64,000 bases of DNA from Camelus ferus (lineage: Eukaryota). The stretch spans positions 76,944,001 to 77,008,000 of the forward strand of contig NC_045697.1 of the NCBI RefSeq assembly GCF_009834535.1, in the 5' to 3' direction. Of this stretch, positions 38,276 through 52,579 are shown one piece after another. The position numbers and the translations under genes were made by a program. Numbering within the stretch: the stretch's first letter is position 1; every line of letters starts with the position of its first letter. A model generated the notes under the pieces. That model ran no database searches. It had not been told where the DNA came from and saw nothing but the letters and a program-made list of their open reading frames with translations.

Positions 38276-40573
38276 TATCAGTGAGCTACCTGCTGCCCAC
38301 CTTGGCCCAACACAAATTATTAGATAGTTGGGGAGAAAACTTGTCTTATTCTCTACAGGCAAAAATAATCTTAAAATCTAGAGGGAGAGACAAAATTTAA
38401 AAGATTATATATTTATGTGCATATATGTGCAATACAGTAGTCATAATTTTAATGCCAATGATACTAAATCTACCGCACTTTGATCAAGATGAAATTTAAC
38501 TTCACTTTTGCATCTGTTAAAGGAAATGTTCATCAAAAAGAAAAAAATTATCAAAGTAAATATGCATGACCTACTTAAACTTCCTAGGTGAACTGTTTTC
38601 AAGTACTTTAGAACATTAATTACTTGAGTCTTATATGTTCATTGATCAGGCCCAATAAGATTTCTACTTCCCTCTATCCATAAAACATTTGTTAGCGAGA
38701 AAATTGGGTTACTGTGTGCACTTGAAATAAAGTTTTAAATTTATGCTTATTTATAAATAATCTATAATTCATGTAGGTTGCTAAATTGTGCACACTTCCT
38801 TCAAATGCCCTAAATAGTGAGAAAAAGTTTAAAGTTTTGGAAATACACTAAAGCATTTATGGGCTACACCAAGTAAGTAAATGAGAGATGGAAATTAAAA
38901 CCCATTTCCTTTCTCAAGAAGCTGGGTATGGTATAGTGGAAAGGATAATAGGTTAGAAGTTTAGAGACCTGGATTCAACAAGGTGCTATGTATATATATT
39001 CATATGTTTATATTATATATGTGAAGGTATGTATGTGTGTATATATTATATTACATTATATTGAATCTGTCCCTCTTATTTTCACCAACCCTAGATCATA
39101 AGCTCCTTGAACACAGAAATTATGTTATATTCATCTTTCTATCCTCTACAATGTCTATACAAGTGCCTTATGTGTAGTAGATAGTAAATAAAATTTTGTT
39201 ATATTGAGCTGAATTGAAAGAATTACTTTAATAAGCTTGCCTGTTACAATATTTTTATCAATACTTGAAAATGAGTCATTGCCCAGCAGAGATTTTTCTA
39301 ATTTTTTGATAGGCTTTCCAAACCAATAATTATATTAATTCTTTGAAATGAATTTTATATATCTCTAGATATCTCTTGAGAAGAAAGGAAAGGGAAAATT
39401 AGCATTTCTTGAGATTCTACCGTACATCAAGCACTGTGCTAAGTGTTTATGCAGAATTCTCTGAGTTTCAAAGAGCACTAATGCAAATACAAAGCTTGCA
39501 AAATCTCACTCTTTAGGGATGAATTGGAGTCACTGGGCAAAGAAAATGCTATCTTTTTCTATGAGGTGAAACGTGGTTGTTGAACTAATGGGGAAAAAAA
39601 AGTATCTTCTTTAGGTGGAAAAAAAATCTCTTCTCAATGAAATTTTTACTTGATGGGAGAGCTCTGTTACTTGGAAAGAAAAAAAATACGAGTTTTGCAA
39701 TTTTTCAAGAATTCTGAGCTTAGCCATAATGAAAAATTATTTTACTCATAAATAGTATCCTTATAACATTTGAACTCATATATTTCGAGTAACTTCATCT
39801 TATACTACAATTTAACTTAAAAATAAAACTTAAAGCACCAAACCAAAAAAATACCACATTGTTAAAACAAACCCAGAGTCCACTGAGATTGAAAATTGGT
39901 GCAAAGCTCACAGGCCTTGTGGTTTGGGTGATTTCCAAATTTATTTTAACTTCTTGCTCCAAAGCCATGGTTCTCCTCCCAGGCAGAGTATCTTCAAATG
40001 GGAAAGAGGGTGAATGTGGTTGGGAAGGCTACCTAGAGAATTCTTACATGCAGCCCCTTCCCGCCCCTCAACTATACACCCCCCACCAAAATAGGAACCA
40101 CTGCTCATTCATTCATTCAAATAATCTTTATTATTATGTACCAGACTGTTTTTTAAAAGCTTTATACCTTTTTTCTGTTTTTTTTTCCCTAAACCAAGAA
40201 AGCAGAAGTGAGAAGCTGATAAAAAATCAAAACAGCAACAACAAATAAATTCCTCATTAAAATGACTGATAACTTCAAAATATTGATGCTTTCTGACAAT
40301 CTCATATATATTTACCTCAAAACAAATGCCACATCTGTTATACACTCTAACCAAACTTACTTTGAGTTTTGGACATATCCATTCTGCTCTTTTACCTTTA
40401 CTAAGTTAAAATAAGTCACAACTGGGCTTTAGAACAGAGCACACCAAGTTTCCACATTGTCTGTTCATCAATTTTAATCTCACCTCCTCTCACAGAAACC
40501 TGAAGGTTTTTGGAAAAGAGCCACATAGAGAAACTATACACAGACATGAACATTTTAAGCACTGTCACATGCA

Positions 40574-40576
<3 letters not shown>

Positions 40577-40620
<44 letters not shown>
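40577..40620 (+). repeat. (GT)n microsatellite, ~22 units
   Basis: Perfect dinucleotide run seen directly. Confidence 0.97.
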
Positions 40621-40621
<1 letters not shown>

Positions 40622-41199
40622 GGTATGCATTTAAATTAGGCAGGAAAGCAAAAGAGTTCACCATATTGTATAGTATCGGAAGGCCACTTCTGGTACCATA
40701 TTTCCAATAATTCTCAAAATAAAATAAAATTTGATCATCAGCTAAATGGTAAGGTTTTTTTTCATTCAGAAAATGTGTAGACAGTAAAATTAATTTTTGC
40801 AGATCAAATCCATCTTGGGTGAATGTGTACAATTGCAACTAGCTTGATCACAAACAACTTTTGAGGCATCTTCTCAAACTGGAGTTCACATTCCTCAGTG
40901 GGATATCAGTGCACAGGGTACCAACATGATGCATACTCCCAAAGCATTCAGTTCATGTGAATAGTTGAGGGATAGCTGAATTTTTGTAATCCTAAGTTTT
41001 TTCCATTTATTTTTAAAAAAACATGGAATAGAAAAAGCAGTCAGGAATAACTAAAGAAGACTGCAGAAGTTTTAGTTCCAAGTCTATAAATACTCCAAAA
41101 CTTTTTTTTTACCAATTTCTCAATTTTTTTCCAATTTCTCAGAGGCTTCACTTCTAGACCAGTGTTTGGCTGATATAATGTTAATGCTCATGGGGGGTT

Positions 41200-41375
41200 T
41201 GTGGCAGAGTGGCGAGAATACTGGGAATTCAGAGACCTAAGTTTGACATCTGACTTGCCAGCATCATATGGGAATCTTGGGCAAGTCCCTTTCAATCCTT
41301 AGGCCTCAGTTCTTTCCTCTCTAAAAGGGTGTGCACTAGATCATACCTAAATCATCTTCCTACTCTACATTCTGA
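41200..41375 (+). mobile_element. MIR3/MIRc-like SINE
   Basis: 'tcagagacctaagtttga..tcttgggcaagtccctttcaatccttaggcctcagtt..tctaaaagg..ctagatcatacctaa..cttcctactctacattct'. Confidence 0.72.
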
Positions 41376-42084
41376 AATTATTTTTAATATTTTACCCTTG
41401 AGACACTGGAGTCCACAGAAGTTAACTGAAACAGGGAAAAGTCTCCTGTGGGTCATTTCCAAATCCCTAGTAAGAGCTTAGCTAACGTGACCACGCTGAC
41501 TAGTTCCCCTGCAGCAAATACTACCAGGCTCAGCTATCTACAAAGGAAGTGCTTCATATCGTCCTGTCTGAAGTCAGTTTTTTGCTGAGATACTTTCTCT
41601 TCACAACAGCATGTTCAATCAAATGAAATTCCTATTCTAATTGCTACATAAAAGAACAACCATTATATCATTCATAACATCTGTACAAATAAAATTTCTA
41701 GATAGGTAAAGGGTTTGGAAAACTCTCTATTTCACATATCATGTTTCCACAGCCTGTCTTCATACTGCTCTTAAGAATCCAATTTGAAGATAAATTTTCA
41801 CCCCCAGTCTGAAATGTAATTTCACATAAAACCAGTTTATTATTACATTTCTTTGTAGTTCCTATCTTATATTTTTAAAGTATTAACTCATTCCACGTTT
41901 AAAACAGAAAGGCAATCACTGTGCTATTTAACCATGAAAGATGATAATGCACAGCTTAACATCTGGCAGGCAAAAGAAAATCATGGCTATTCCCCCTAAC
42001 GTCAAAAGCGCCCCCACCAGGGAAACAACTTGAACTGAGGGGAAATATCTGAATAGGAGCAACGGGAACAAAAGGAACAAATAA

Positions 42085-42255
42085 CATTTTGTAAGGGACT
42101 ACCATGTTTTGAGCCTTTTTCCTGGACTTATTTAGTGCTCATAATAACTCTGTAAGGTAGATATCGTTCCCATTTGTAAATGAGCAAGCTAAGATCCAAG
42201 ATACTGCTATTCAACAGCTAATGTGTAGTTGGGATTCAGGCCCAGCTCTGTCTCC
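42085..42255 (-). mobile_element. MIR SINE
   Basis: 'ctcataataactctgtaaggtagatatcgttcccatttgtaaatgagcaagctaag..gggattcaggcccagctctgtct'. Confidence 0.7.
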
Positions 42256-43004
42256 CTCCGTGAGGTTACACTGTCTCTGCATTATAGGTCATTGGACGGC
42301 ATACCCACTCTATAATGAAGCGGGCATGGAAAAGAAAAAGAAATGAGTTCTAGACTGAGACGCTGAAGATGGTGCACTGCAGGGAAAAAACTCTGAAGGA
42401 GGAAGTAGCTAAGAGGAGAACCAAGATTTAACAAGAGTTACCAGCATAAAGAAGGAAAGAGAATTGAAGAAGGTTGGTTGAAATATTAAGCATTTGGAAG
42501 TTGGTTATATGTGAGGACAGACTACCTTTTGATGATATCACCATTAACCTAAGTAAAACAGCTGTAAGTCATCACGGACACCATCTTCCCCTCACCAGTT
42601 GGTCACAGAGCCCAGTTGGATCCTCCTTTCTGGCAGTCCTCTCCATTCTTCCTGCCCCCACCCAACCTCAGGCCCTTGTAATTTCACAGTTGAAACCTGC
42701 AGTAGTTGGGTCTCACATCTTCCAGTCTGTGTTCTGTAAACTTTCTATAGCTTAATCTCTCCAAAACTCTGACGCAGAAACCAAAATCGTTTTCCACTAA
42801 CCATACAACATTCATCCTCATATTCTGTTCTGTTACCTATATGCAGTCTTATATTTAACTGCTCCCCATTATGCTGTCCATCTTAAACTTCTAGGTCAAT
42901 TATATCTCAGTAAAACTGGAACAAATTTAAAGTTTTAAGAGTTGAAAAAATAAACGCATAAATATATGAACTGCTCCCCAATTTGGCCCTAGTCAACCTT
43001 GTGC

Positions 43005-43222
43005 ACTCTGTGACCATTATACTAGCTGTTGGACTTTGGGCAAGTTAATCTACCTGTGCCTACAGTTTATCATCTGTAAAATGGGGGTAAATAATATAAA
43101 AAAACAGTACTTGACTCATATAATTATTTTGAAAATAAAATGAGCTAATGTATGTAAAGCACTTGAAACAGAGGCTGCACTGCTCAGTAAGTCTTTAATA
43201 AACATTAACAATCATTATTATC
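43005..43222 (+). mobile_element. MIR SINE
   Basis: 'actagctgttggactttgggcaagtta..cctgtgcctacagtttatcatctgtaaaatgggg..aatgagctaatgtatgtaaagcacttg'. Confidence 0.85.
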
Positions 43223-43607
43223 ATTTTAAGTGATTGTTTTTATTACCTTTCAGCCAAACATTGTATAAACCACAACACAAATATTACTAACAGTATTAAC
43301 AGTAATGAAAATAATAATGGCATTGGAGACATTAAAATTTGAACACATGATAATCTGGCTCTAGAGTTATGCTTTAAACACTATGTTGCAATGCGATGAA
43401 GAAATAATCAGATAAAATATAACCCCAAGCATGTGTTCTTGCTATTTCTGCTATCTGAAGGATCCTCTCATTCTTAAATTATCAAATTCTTAAATATAAT
43501 CATTAAAAATCCAGTCCAGTTAGGGCCCTTTTCAAGATATCTTCTCTGAGTTTTCTAGCCAAAAGTTATGGTTTAACAATTTTTAATTCCATCTGCACTT
43601 TTATCTT

Positions 43608-43702
43608 ATTTTTAATTATAATTTTAATTATAATTATTTTTAATTATAAAATTTTTAATTTTAATTATAATTTTTAATTATAAATTTTAATTATAATTAT
43701 AA
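43608..43702. repeat. Pure A/T low-complexity tandem array (TTTTAATTATAA-like units)
   Basis: About 95 bp without G or C, built from repeated 'ttttaattataa'. Confidence 0.9.
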
Positions 43703-45179
43703 CCCACTATATTTTCATATTACTTGAAAAGTTTACAAATCACTTTCAAACACATCAACTTCTTATGTTCTATCTCCCTGGCTAAGGTTCTTGAGGGCAG
43801 GGGTGGGGACTTAAACTTCTGAGCCACTTCAGTATACACTAGGTACAGTGCCTGTCAAAGGACAGATCCCTGTACATATCGGTGTAGGAGTCAGTGGTTA
43901 CCCACGTGCAAGCAGTTTCAACAAAGTGACTGAGAAAAAAATTAACTTGCACAATGAGAAAAATCAATCAAGGTGTTCAGAGACTAAATCCTGTTTTTAC
44001 TTTAAGAAATAGTTTTCTAATTTCAAAACAATCAATTTTCATTTGAAATGCCTGTGGCTGCAAAGTATCATCTGATTCTCCTAAACATACTGTTGATACT
44101 TCTTGATTACTAGAAAAATGGGGCTTCATTGCCATGATGACTAAAAGAAATACCTGTAGACAGGCACTACAATTATGTCACTGGGGCTAACGACATTTTC
44201 CTCTCCTACATTTTTATTTTGATTTAATATATAAAGCCCAAAGGTTATGTTGATTAATTTCAATTTCAGAAGGCATTGTCCTAGTTCTGTTGCATTAGGA
44301 ATGCCACATTAAACTATAAAAAAGGATCTTCCAAATGGTTTTGAACAATCCCCCAAAGACTGCAGTTAGGATTACCAAAAGCATCAATTCAAATGTGAGG
44401 CATATATTTATTTTTATACGGCCAAATATTTACATTTATATAAACAATCTTTGATATGTATGCAGGCAGAGAACTACTATCTACTTCCATTTTTTATAGC
44501 TATCTCTGACATCTTTCTCCATTTAACCCCATTAAAGTAATGCTAGTTTCAAAACAACAGTAAAAGAAAAACAGAAAGGAAAAGACAAACGATACAGCCA
44601 GAGGCTGCCTTATCATTCATGCGTTGCTTGCACTGAAGGAAGAGTTTTGAAGATAAAGATTTGGTGTGTGACTAACAAGAGATGAATGAACATCTTCTGA
44701 AATTTTCCCTTGGAGAACTAAAATTTCAATTTATGACTCAAGGGTGCAGCTGCATCAGTTACAAAGCAAGAACAGGTGAAAAAACCTCTTCTTCATTCAA
44801 TCCAGTTCCTTATACAAAGATTCCTACATTGTCAACATCAACATCGTAAATATGTTTCCTTTGAACTGCTGGATATCATACTTTAAACACTTAAAAATAT
44901 CATTTTATTCAATGAGTGTAGAGCATCAGAGGACAAGAGAAAATAAATTTTCCTAATAAATTGATTCCTTAACTTGGAGAGAGCTACATAGCAAAGTGAA
45001 CAGGGAACACAGTCGATCCAATTTAAAGAATTGGGTAAAACAGGGAAGGAAAAAAGGTTTTGAAACTGAAAAAGTAAGTAAATATTTCTACTTTTATAGA
45101 TAACCAATATTGCTTTGAACATATCCTATCCCCTCCAAACGTCTTATCTTAAAGTTATACTATTTTTTAAATGTCTGAT

Positions 45180-45495
45180 TATAAGAAAGAAGTATATGAA
45201 ATAGGTAGAAGTATTATAGAAATCATGGTATATCTTTACCATATAAATATTGAGAATAACAATTATAAAGATTTTTAAGAACATGGAAAATGTTTATTGA
45301 ATAATGTTAAGTGAAAAAATAGAATAAAACATCTATAGCACATCCTCTCAACTATGTAAAAACATTTAACATTTTTTTAAAAAGGAAATGATAAAACATT
45401 AACAGCCATTGTCTTGGGTTGGTAGAACTATCTTTCCTATAATTTCTTATATTCTACAATTTCCCCCAACAAGCTTATAGTATTACCTTCATAAC
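45180..45495 (+). mobile_element. Old L1ME-type 3' fragment
   Basis: 'catggaaaatgtttattgaataatgttaagtgaaaaaatagaataaaac..aacattaacagccattgtcttggg'. Confidence 0.55.
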
Positions 45496-46089
45496 TGGGG
45501 TCAGGGTTGGAAATCAACACTAAAAGAAAAAGATTTTCAAAATTTGGTTCAAACATAAAGTACTAACCCAATTCATTTCTGTATCTAAATGCCATCTGTA
45601 AATTTATAAAGAATGATACAAACTATTGTTATAACTGTTATCATTGCAAAAATAAAGCAACCAAGGGAGATTTACTATGAAAACTAGGAGGTAATACAAA
45701 CCATAAAAATGTTTAAGCAGCCTTATTTCAAATTATAGTATTTCAAAGTATCTTTAACTCCTTAAAGTCAAAAACAGCATTCCTCAATGCCAATATCATT
45801 TTATGTTTATTACACATTACCATGCCATCATTTAAGACATGAGTGTTCAATTTAGTTCAGAACTGAGATACAACTACATGAAATAAGCAACAATGCAAAA
45901 AGATAAACGATTCAAGGCTGTATCGGAGGTCAATATGAAGAAGAAATTAGTATGGCTAGTCTGTCAGGAAGGCTTTGTTAGAGAGGTGGGAAAGGGGAAA
46001 ATAAAGCAGTTTGTTAAAATAGGATCTGAGGATTATCTGTAATTGAACCACTGAGCAAACTAATTTAAAACTGTTAACCAGATAGTGAT

Positions 46090-46170
46090 TAGAATTAACA
46101 ACGCTATACTGTGTATTTGAAAGTTGCTAAGAGAATAGATTCTTACAAGTTCTCATCACAAGAAAACAAA
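46090..46170 (+). mobile_element. Short L1 (L1MA9/10-like) 3' UTR fragment
   Basis: 'ttaacaacgctatactgtgtatttgaaagttgctaagagaatagattctta..gttctcatcacaagaaaa'. Confidence 0.75.
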
Positions 46171-47229
46171 TGTTTTTTAAATAGCACTCCTCACAGTGTA
46201 CAGTTTAATGTTGACACATTATGCATGCTAAATAAGTATTTCTTGAATGGAAATCAGCTTTTAATATAAAGAAATTAACTATGTTCCCTTCTAATAGGTA
46301 GCAATGCCCCTTGAGCATCTCTGAAGTGTCTGTCATTGCAAATCATCATTAACATAATAATAGTATAATCATCTAATATTCTGATACACAGTAATTTTAA
46401 GTATCTTGGGCTCATGTTATTTCCCTCTTGTTCTCCTATAACAAGGCCTTTTTGATCAACCTGTGGATGAACAGTAAGAGAACATGCCTTTAAGTTTAGC
46501 CTGATCTGAATTTCTGACTGTACATCTTCAGAGCATTTCCCCCCTTTTCCCATGCATTTACCTACTCTGTTCTTAAATACATGATATAATGCAAGCTCTA
46601 AAACTCTCCCATCCTAGCCATAACCAAGTTTACCTATTGAAAAAAAGGTCGTTTTTTGTACTAATAACTACTGTAGGCCAGGAAGACCCATTTCTTTCAG
46701 TTTATTAGCAAAAGTTATTAATTAAAAAAAAAAGTCATTAAACTTGCAAAGTGTGTATTCCTTCCTTTAGAGTTTCTTTGATCATAATTAAGCCCAATAT
46801 GGACAAAATTCCAAAATAGATATATATTTTTAAGCTCTTTGTGACAATAGCATTTTATCAGAAGGAATGATTTTCTGGCAATTTGTCCATCAAAACCTTT
46901 TAGACTAAGGGCAATATTTTTTAAATCACAAATTATGAAATCCTTTACAATATATCATGCAGAGATTTGCTGGAGATATATTTCAAAAGAACACAATAAT
47001 GAGCCTTAAGAGCAATAATCCTTTCATTGTATTCAGTACTAATCAAGTTTTGATTAATCCTGGTTTATGACATAAAGGATGGCATACTCAGAAAGTTTCA
47101 AATACTAGCAATAAAAATAATTAAGGATTAGAAAATAAGATATGATATGAAAAAGAGGGAGGGAACCTTGGATATTGGAGGAAAACAGAAAAACTTGGTA
47201 ATAACATAAGTAGGTTATAGATCTCTTAA

Positions 47230-47440
47230 TTTCACCTAAGAAAGATCAGAAATGAGTTTATATTGCAGCAAAAAGAAATTCAGGTTAGATACTAGAAAGA
47301 ACTGTCTAATTTGAGGTATGTTGGTCCCTGTAATCCATTACTGTGGAAAACTACAGACTCCTCCAGTGGAAGTTGTTATGAGATTGATGGATAGGTTGAT
47401 AATCTACACATTGTTTAAAACAAAGTCCTCTCTACCTGTG
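47230..47440 (+). mobile_element. CR1/L3 LINE 3' fragment
   Basis: 'ttgcagcaaaaagaaattcaggttagatactagaaagaac' translates as ..KFRLDTRKN, the same CR1 motif as at 32650. Confidence 0.6.
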
Positions 47441-47599
47441 GAATTTTATACTATATTCCTGCCTTATTTTCCTGCACCAAGCCCTGTGTGTCTACAACTA
47501 ACATTTTCTAAATTTTCTTCTTTCATGCTACTCTGAGAATGTACTTTGCAGAGTAACATAAGAGCTATTGTGCTCTATCAAGAAAAAAAAAGTACACCT

Positions 47600-48465
47600 C
47601 AATCATTCATTCATGAAATATATATTTGCTAAGTGTCCTCTATAGGCCAAACACCATGAGAAACCCTTGGCATGCAATGATGGGCAAGAGAAAGTCCCTT
47701 CCAACATGTATTTTAAAGTCAAATGGAACAGACAAACCATCTAACAAGCAATAACAAAAAAGGATTATTAAGTGCAGAAAAAAAGTTTAAGTACTGAGTT
47801 CTATGGAATCCAGACAGAAACACGTAAGAAGGAAAACAAGCTCCAGGAAGAAAGTGAAGTTTAAGCTGGAACTGCAGGCTGAGGAGGGTGAAGAGTCTCC
47901 CATGACATCATGAGCAAAGGCAGGTCCAGAGGTTGAAAGAGAGCACACAATAGGAGAGAACAGAAGATAGTGCAGTGTGGCACAAGGGCAACCAGAAGGG
48001 GGAGTGATGAGGCTAGAAGGCTGATGGAGGAGGCCCCATCAAAGTTCCTGTTGAACATGCTCACATGCTTGGGATTTACCAGATTTCACCTTAGAAGGAG
48101 TACTCTGGCTACGGTGTGGAAAACGGACTGGAGGAGAGCAATAACGGAGTAAGGGAAACCAGGTAGTAGGCTGTTACCCTCACCCAAGGAAAGATATTGG
48201 TAAGCAGGATGAGAGAAGTAGCAGAAGGAGCAAAGAAGAACAGACAGACCTGAGAAATTAAGGGAGAAAACAGGACTCAGTAGATGAAAAATTATAGAGA
48301 GTGTAGAAAGAGTCAAGAATAGTTCTCAAGTGTCTTGTTTGGACAGTGAGTGCCATTCACTAAGAGAGGTACAGAGGGAGGAACAAATTAGATTTTATTT
48401 ATTTCTTATGTATTAGGGAATAATAAATTCACTGGAGCTACTTTGAGTTTGAGATGCCCAACTAG
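47600..48465 (-). mobile_element. L2 LINE fragment
   Basis: 'tcattcattcat..tttgctaagtgtcctcta..actctggctacggtgtggaaaacggactggagg..ccaggtagtaggctgtt..gtgccattcactaagag..tttgagtttgagatgcc'. Confidence 0.8.
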
Positions 48466-49714
48466 CAATCAGGCTTATCAAACTCCTCAAAAGAGATTTC
48501 AAATGAAATCCAGCAACATATGGTTTCTGCCTCTGATGTTAAGTAATTAATGAATTGTATTATATTTTATAGAGAACAACATCACCTTTGTTGAAGGAAT
48601 TAAATGTTTTCCAACTTAGAAACAGTCTTGCTAAAAGACAGGTTAATAGGTGTATACCATAATTTCTAGTTAATCTATTCATAATGTCTTTTTTTAATAA
48701 AAAAAAATTGAAAGCAAGTTCAGGTTCAAGTCCATGAATCACACTCTTGTTCAGACATTTCTGACATTTCCAATTTTAACTATGTCACTAAGATTGAAAA
48801 AGTCATGATTTAGTAAGCTGAGCAGTGCTCACTGATCATCTGGGATTTAATTAGAAAATCCTCAAGTTTTCAGGGCAAACCATGAGCTATATCAGTTCAA
48901 CTCTCCTGCTCAAATCTATTAACCTATTTATTAAAGTTAGAGAACCGAGACACTGCAAGGTACTCTGCATGGGCTAAAACTCTGGACTAATGATCATATC
49001 TGTAATAAACACACTGAACTGAAGGCCAAGGGACAATTTAAACAGCACTGCTTTCTTTAACAAACCAAGAATGCTTTCTTTTCAGTATTTCTTTTCAACT
49101 AATCGTTAAATTTTCTTGTAATCTTTTTATTAAAATGACCTATAATTAAGGCAATAGATACCTATTCCTACATGTAATTTCTTGATGTAATAACAGTATA
49201 TACTAAAGAGGAGCAGGAAGTGTTTGCATTTTCAAATTACTTGAACCATAAAAGGAATTAAAGGTATAACAAAGAATACGAATGAATGTCAGGGTTCTTC
49301 CATAGAGGAAGAGCCATTGTTGTGGCTCTATGCTACATACCACCAGACCTTCTTAAATTTTACTTTCAGAATAATTCATCTGCTTTTTCTAATCATCTGC
49401 CTACTAAAAGGTTGTTAAAAACAGGCAACATTAAGAAGAAAGTACTCAGAAAATCAACCTAAAAAAATAAAAGAATTAAATGATGTATCAAATTTTACTG
49501 GAATACTTGTTTAAAATGACAGAAACTACAACCAAGCCATATCAGTGAATACAGCCCTTTTTCTGTGTTCCTCTAATATTAACATAATGCTTTTCCACAC
49601 TCCTTCTAGTCTCCCAGATATGTTTCTGTTTCCTACCCATCCTCCCTGCTACTATTACTACCTCCAAACATTTCCTCTGCTAAAATTTTTTTAACAGTCT
49701 CTGTTTTTGGAGTA

Positions 49715-49935
49715 GTTGGTATAACGGTTAAGAGCTAAAAGCTTGGACTCCAGAATAAGACAGCGCTAACCTCCGCTTTATAAGTCATATGATTTGTGGA
49801 AGTTATTTAACCTTTTGGGGGCTTATTTATCCTATCTGTAAAACTGAGATAATAGGTTATTGTAAGGATTAACGAGACATTAAACGAAAAAGACTTAACA
49901 CTTGGTACTTGAAATAATGCATATTAGCTATTACT
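49715..49935 (+). mobile_element. MIR SINE
   Basis: 'ggtataacggttaagagc..aagttatttaacctttt..tatcctatctgtaaaactgagataataggttattgtaaggattaa'. Confidence 0.75.
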
Positions 49936-50337
49936 TGTGTCATTTGCTTGGAAGGCTACGGAAGAGCAGCCGAGGAAGTAGACAAGCTACAATTATTCTC
50001 TGGAAATAAAGAAGTGAAGATAAATGACCTTCAGAAACCCACACATGACAATGGAGTGTTTCAAAGAAAGAATGCCAATATTAAGCTTGTGCCTTAAGCA
50101 TGAATTCCAGTATTCTAAAAACGCCCCATTGACCCCAAAATATACTCTATAGCTTGCTAATGTTGTTGGCACTAAATTTATCAAGATATGGAGACCAGGA
50201 GAGAATGTATTAATAATCTAGGACTTTATTTCATAAATAAATGGTTGCCTCCTGAGCAGTCAGCATGACTCCCTCAGTCTGTAACATTTACACCAATACA
50301 CTACCATCTAAAAAGGCATTCTCTGGGGGGGTAGGTG

Positions 50338-50340
<3 letters not shown>

Positions 50341-50380
<40 letters not shown>
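50341..50380. repeat. (TA)n microsatellite, ~20 units
   Basis: Perfect dinucleotide run seen directly. Confidence 0.97.
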
Positions 50381-50385
<5 letters not shown>

Positions 50386-52579
50386 TGGGTATTCACTGTA
50401 GGAGAGAGGAGAAAGATTATTCTCAACCACAGGAAAAATGACATAAAGTGTGGATACAAATCTTTTCCTGTAGAGTTGAGTTACATGTTTCCTTCATGTG
50501 AAAACCAAGTAGCAATTATAGTTATAAACTAAACCCATGACTTTTATTGTGTCAGCCTTTTGGGAGTCTTCTGAGAGCCTTTACTCTTGTACTTCAAGCT
50601 TATTCTGCATTATGTCTTAATTACATTAAACTGCATCACTTGAATCTGAGATCATCCTAAGTCACATGGTGGAGAAGCTAATGCTGAGCTACAGCTCTTT
50701 AAAATCAGATGGGAAAAGTCTACAAGGTTTTTTGTAGGTCTGTTAAAAATTGTCAATTTAGTCACCTTTCCAAATATACTATCAGAAACCCCCACTTATT
50801 TAGCATTATTGGTGGCAAATACAAGCACAGATTCTCATTTCTATAAATGGCAAAATAAGAAGGCCTAATACATCAGGTTAAATCCCATATTTACCCACTA
50901 TTTGAATAAAAGTTTTCCAAAATCATAGTAAACAAAAAACATTTTCACATTCAAAACATTAAATCTTCTTCCCTATTCAACTGTATTTACAAGGATCCAG
51001 GGATCTAAAAAAGAAAAACAAATCAAAGAAACTAGAAAATAACCCAATTTTTAAAAACTGTTCAATGTCCCTGATCAAGCTAAACAAAACTCCATTGTCA
51101 GTTTTCAGCATAATAATCAACCAATATATTTTAACTCTTTGTTTTGTTTTTTTTTTAATTTAGTCAGTACAGCTTTGTATATGCCCCTTATGGATAACAC
51201 AGTATAAGACAGCCTAGAAGAGCTTTAATCAAACCTGACTTCATCTGAGGTTTGGATTAGCCCACATTGTCTTATCTTACCTATGACATCCATTCAGCCA
51301 GATCATTTTGTTAATATGGAAAAATTGTGCGTTGTGGGAAAGATTATTTGGGGGAAAATCTAAAACTTTAAAATGTGGAACTTAATTCACCATAAAATCT
51401 GGACTGCAAGTAAATCATCCCATTGATTAAAATTCACCTTTAAAAAATTTTTTAAAGAAAGGTGTGAATATCTGAAATATATTACAAAGAGAACACTGTT
51501 TTTACAAAACCCAATTATTTTTGCCCCAGGTAATAGTACAAGAGGTAATAGTACAAGAGGTAATAGCATTAAGCGATTTGGGTGACCAAAGGACATCTGT
51601 CTGCAGTTATTTGAGCTTTTTTCCCCCTTTGTTTTGTTTTCATTTCAAGGAAATGTTACAATTAGGGAACATATTTATGCACATTTAATCATGATGCTTG
51701 TATTTTATGTTGCAAATTACTGCTGTTATGAGGTCGAAAAGTGGTGACCACTGTCCAAATTAATAAAGCATATGGAACATATATACTTGCATGCATAAGC
51801 CTCACAAGAAATAGGTTAGTATGCTTTCTTCTGACTAGATGAGCAGTTTTCTAGAGAAAAAGACCTCTTTTATCTTTATATTCTTGTACAGTGAACCTGT
51901 GTAACTTATTCAAAACCAACAACATATTCTAAAGTGAAATAAGTAGAGCCAAAGACATGCACAAATGTAATACTGTTGTTCATGAAACAAAAAGATTACA
52001 AGCCAATCATGATAAACTAATATGAATGAACCCATAAAGGTTATTTGCTAAATAGGACTACTTCCACCACGCAGGGGGGATAAAAGCTGGCCTCACAGGT
52101 GTGAGTTGGCTCAACAGAAGGACAAGCTCTGCGGCCTCTGAGATCCGAAGATCCCTTGCTGTGGAGACCACCTCCTCCTGGTTCCCTCCCTCACAGTGAC
52201 TCACCCTTGCTACTCCTTTGTCCCTCCATATAAATCTGTAAAGCCTTGAGGGGCAGGACCCTCTCCTGGACCCTTCCCCTGTAGGAGGCAGTCCAGCCCT
52301 GCTTCATGACAGCTCAGGTGTTTTGAGCTACTTCTTCACTCTCGAGCTTTTTCTCAATTATCCCTATTCCACATTTATACTACACAACTCCAACAATTTA
52401 TGTGACCAGGCCCTTTTTGCACAAAATTACACCGGTTCATTTACTCTGTAAATATCTATCAAGACTCTTCCATGTGTCAGGCCATGTTTGATGCACTGAA
52501 AAATCTACGGCATAGCATTCTTTCAATAAGCACTAGCATTTAAAGACCAAAGGCATCTAAGACTTAGCCAGCACAATTA

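Noticed and set aside
40416..40838. 140-aa and 66-aa ORFs with HT/CV repeats
   Set aside because: Open only because they read through the (GT)n microsatellite; no recognisable domain
50335..50532. ORF with YI repeats
   Set aside because: Translation of the (TA)n microsatellite
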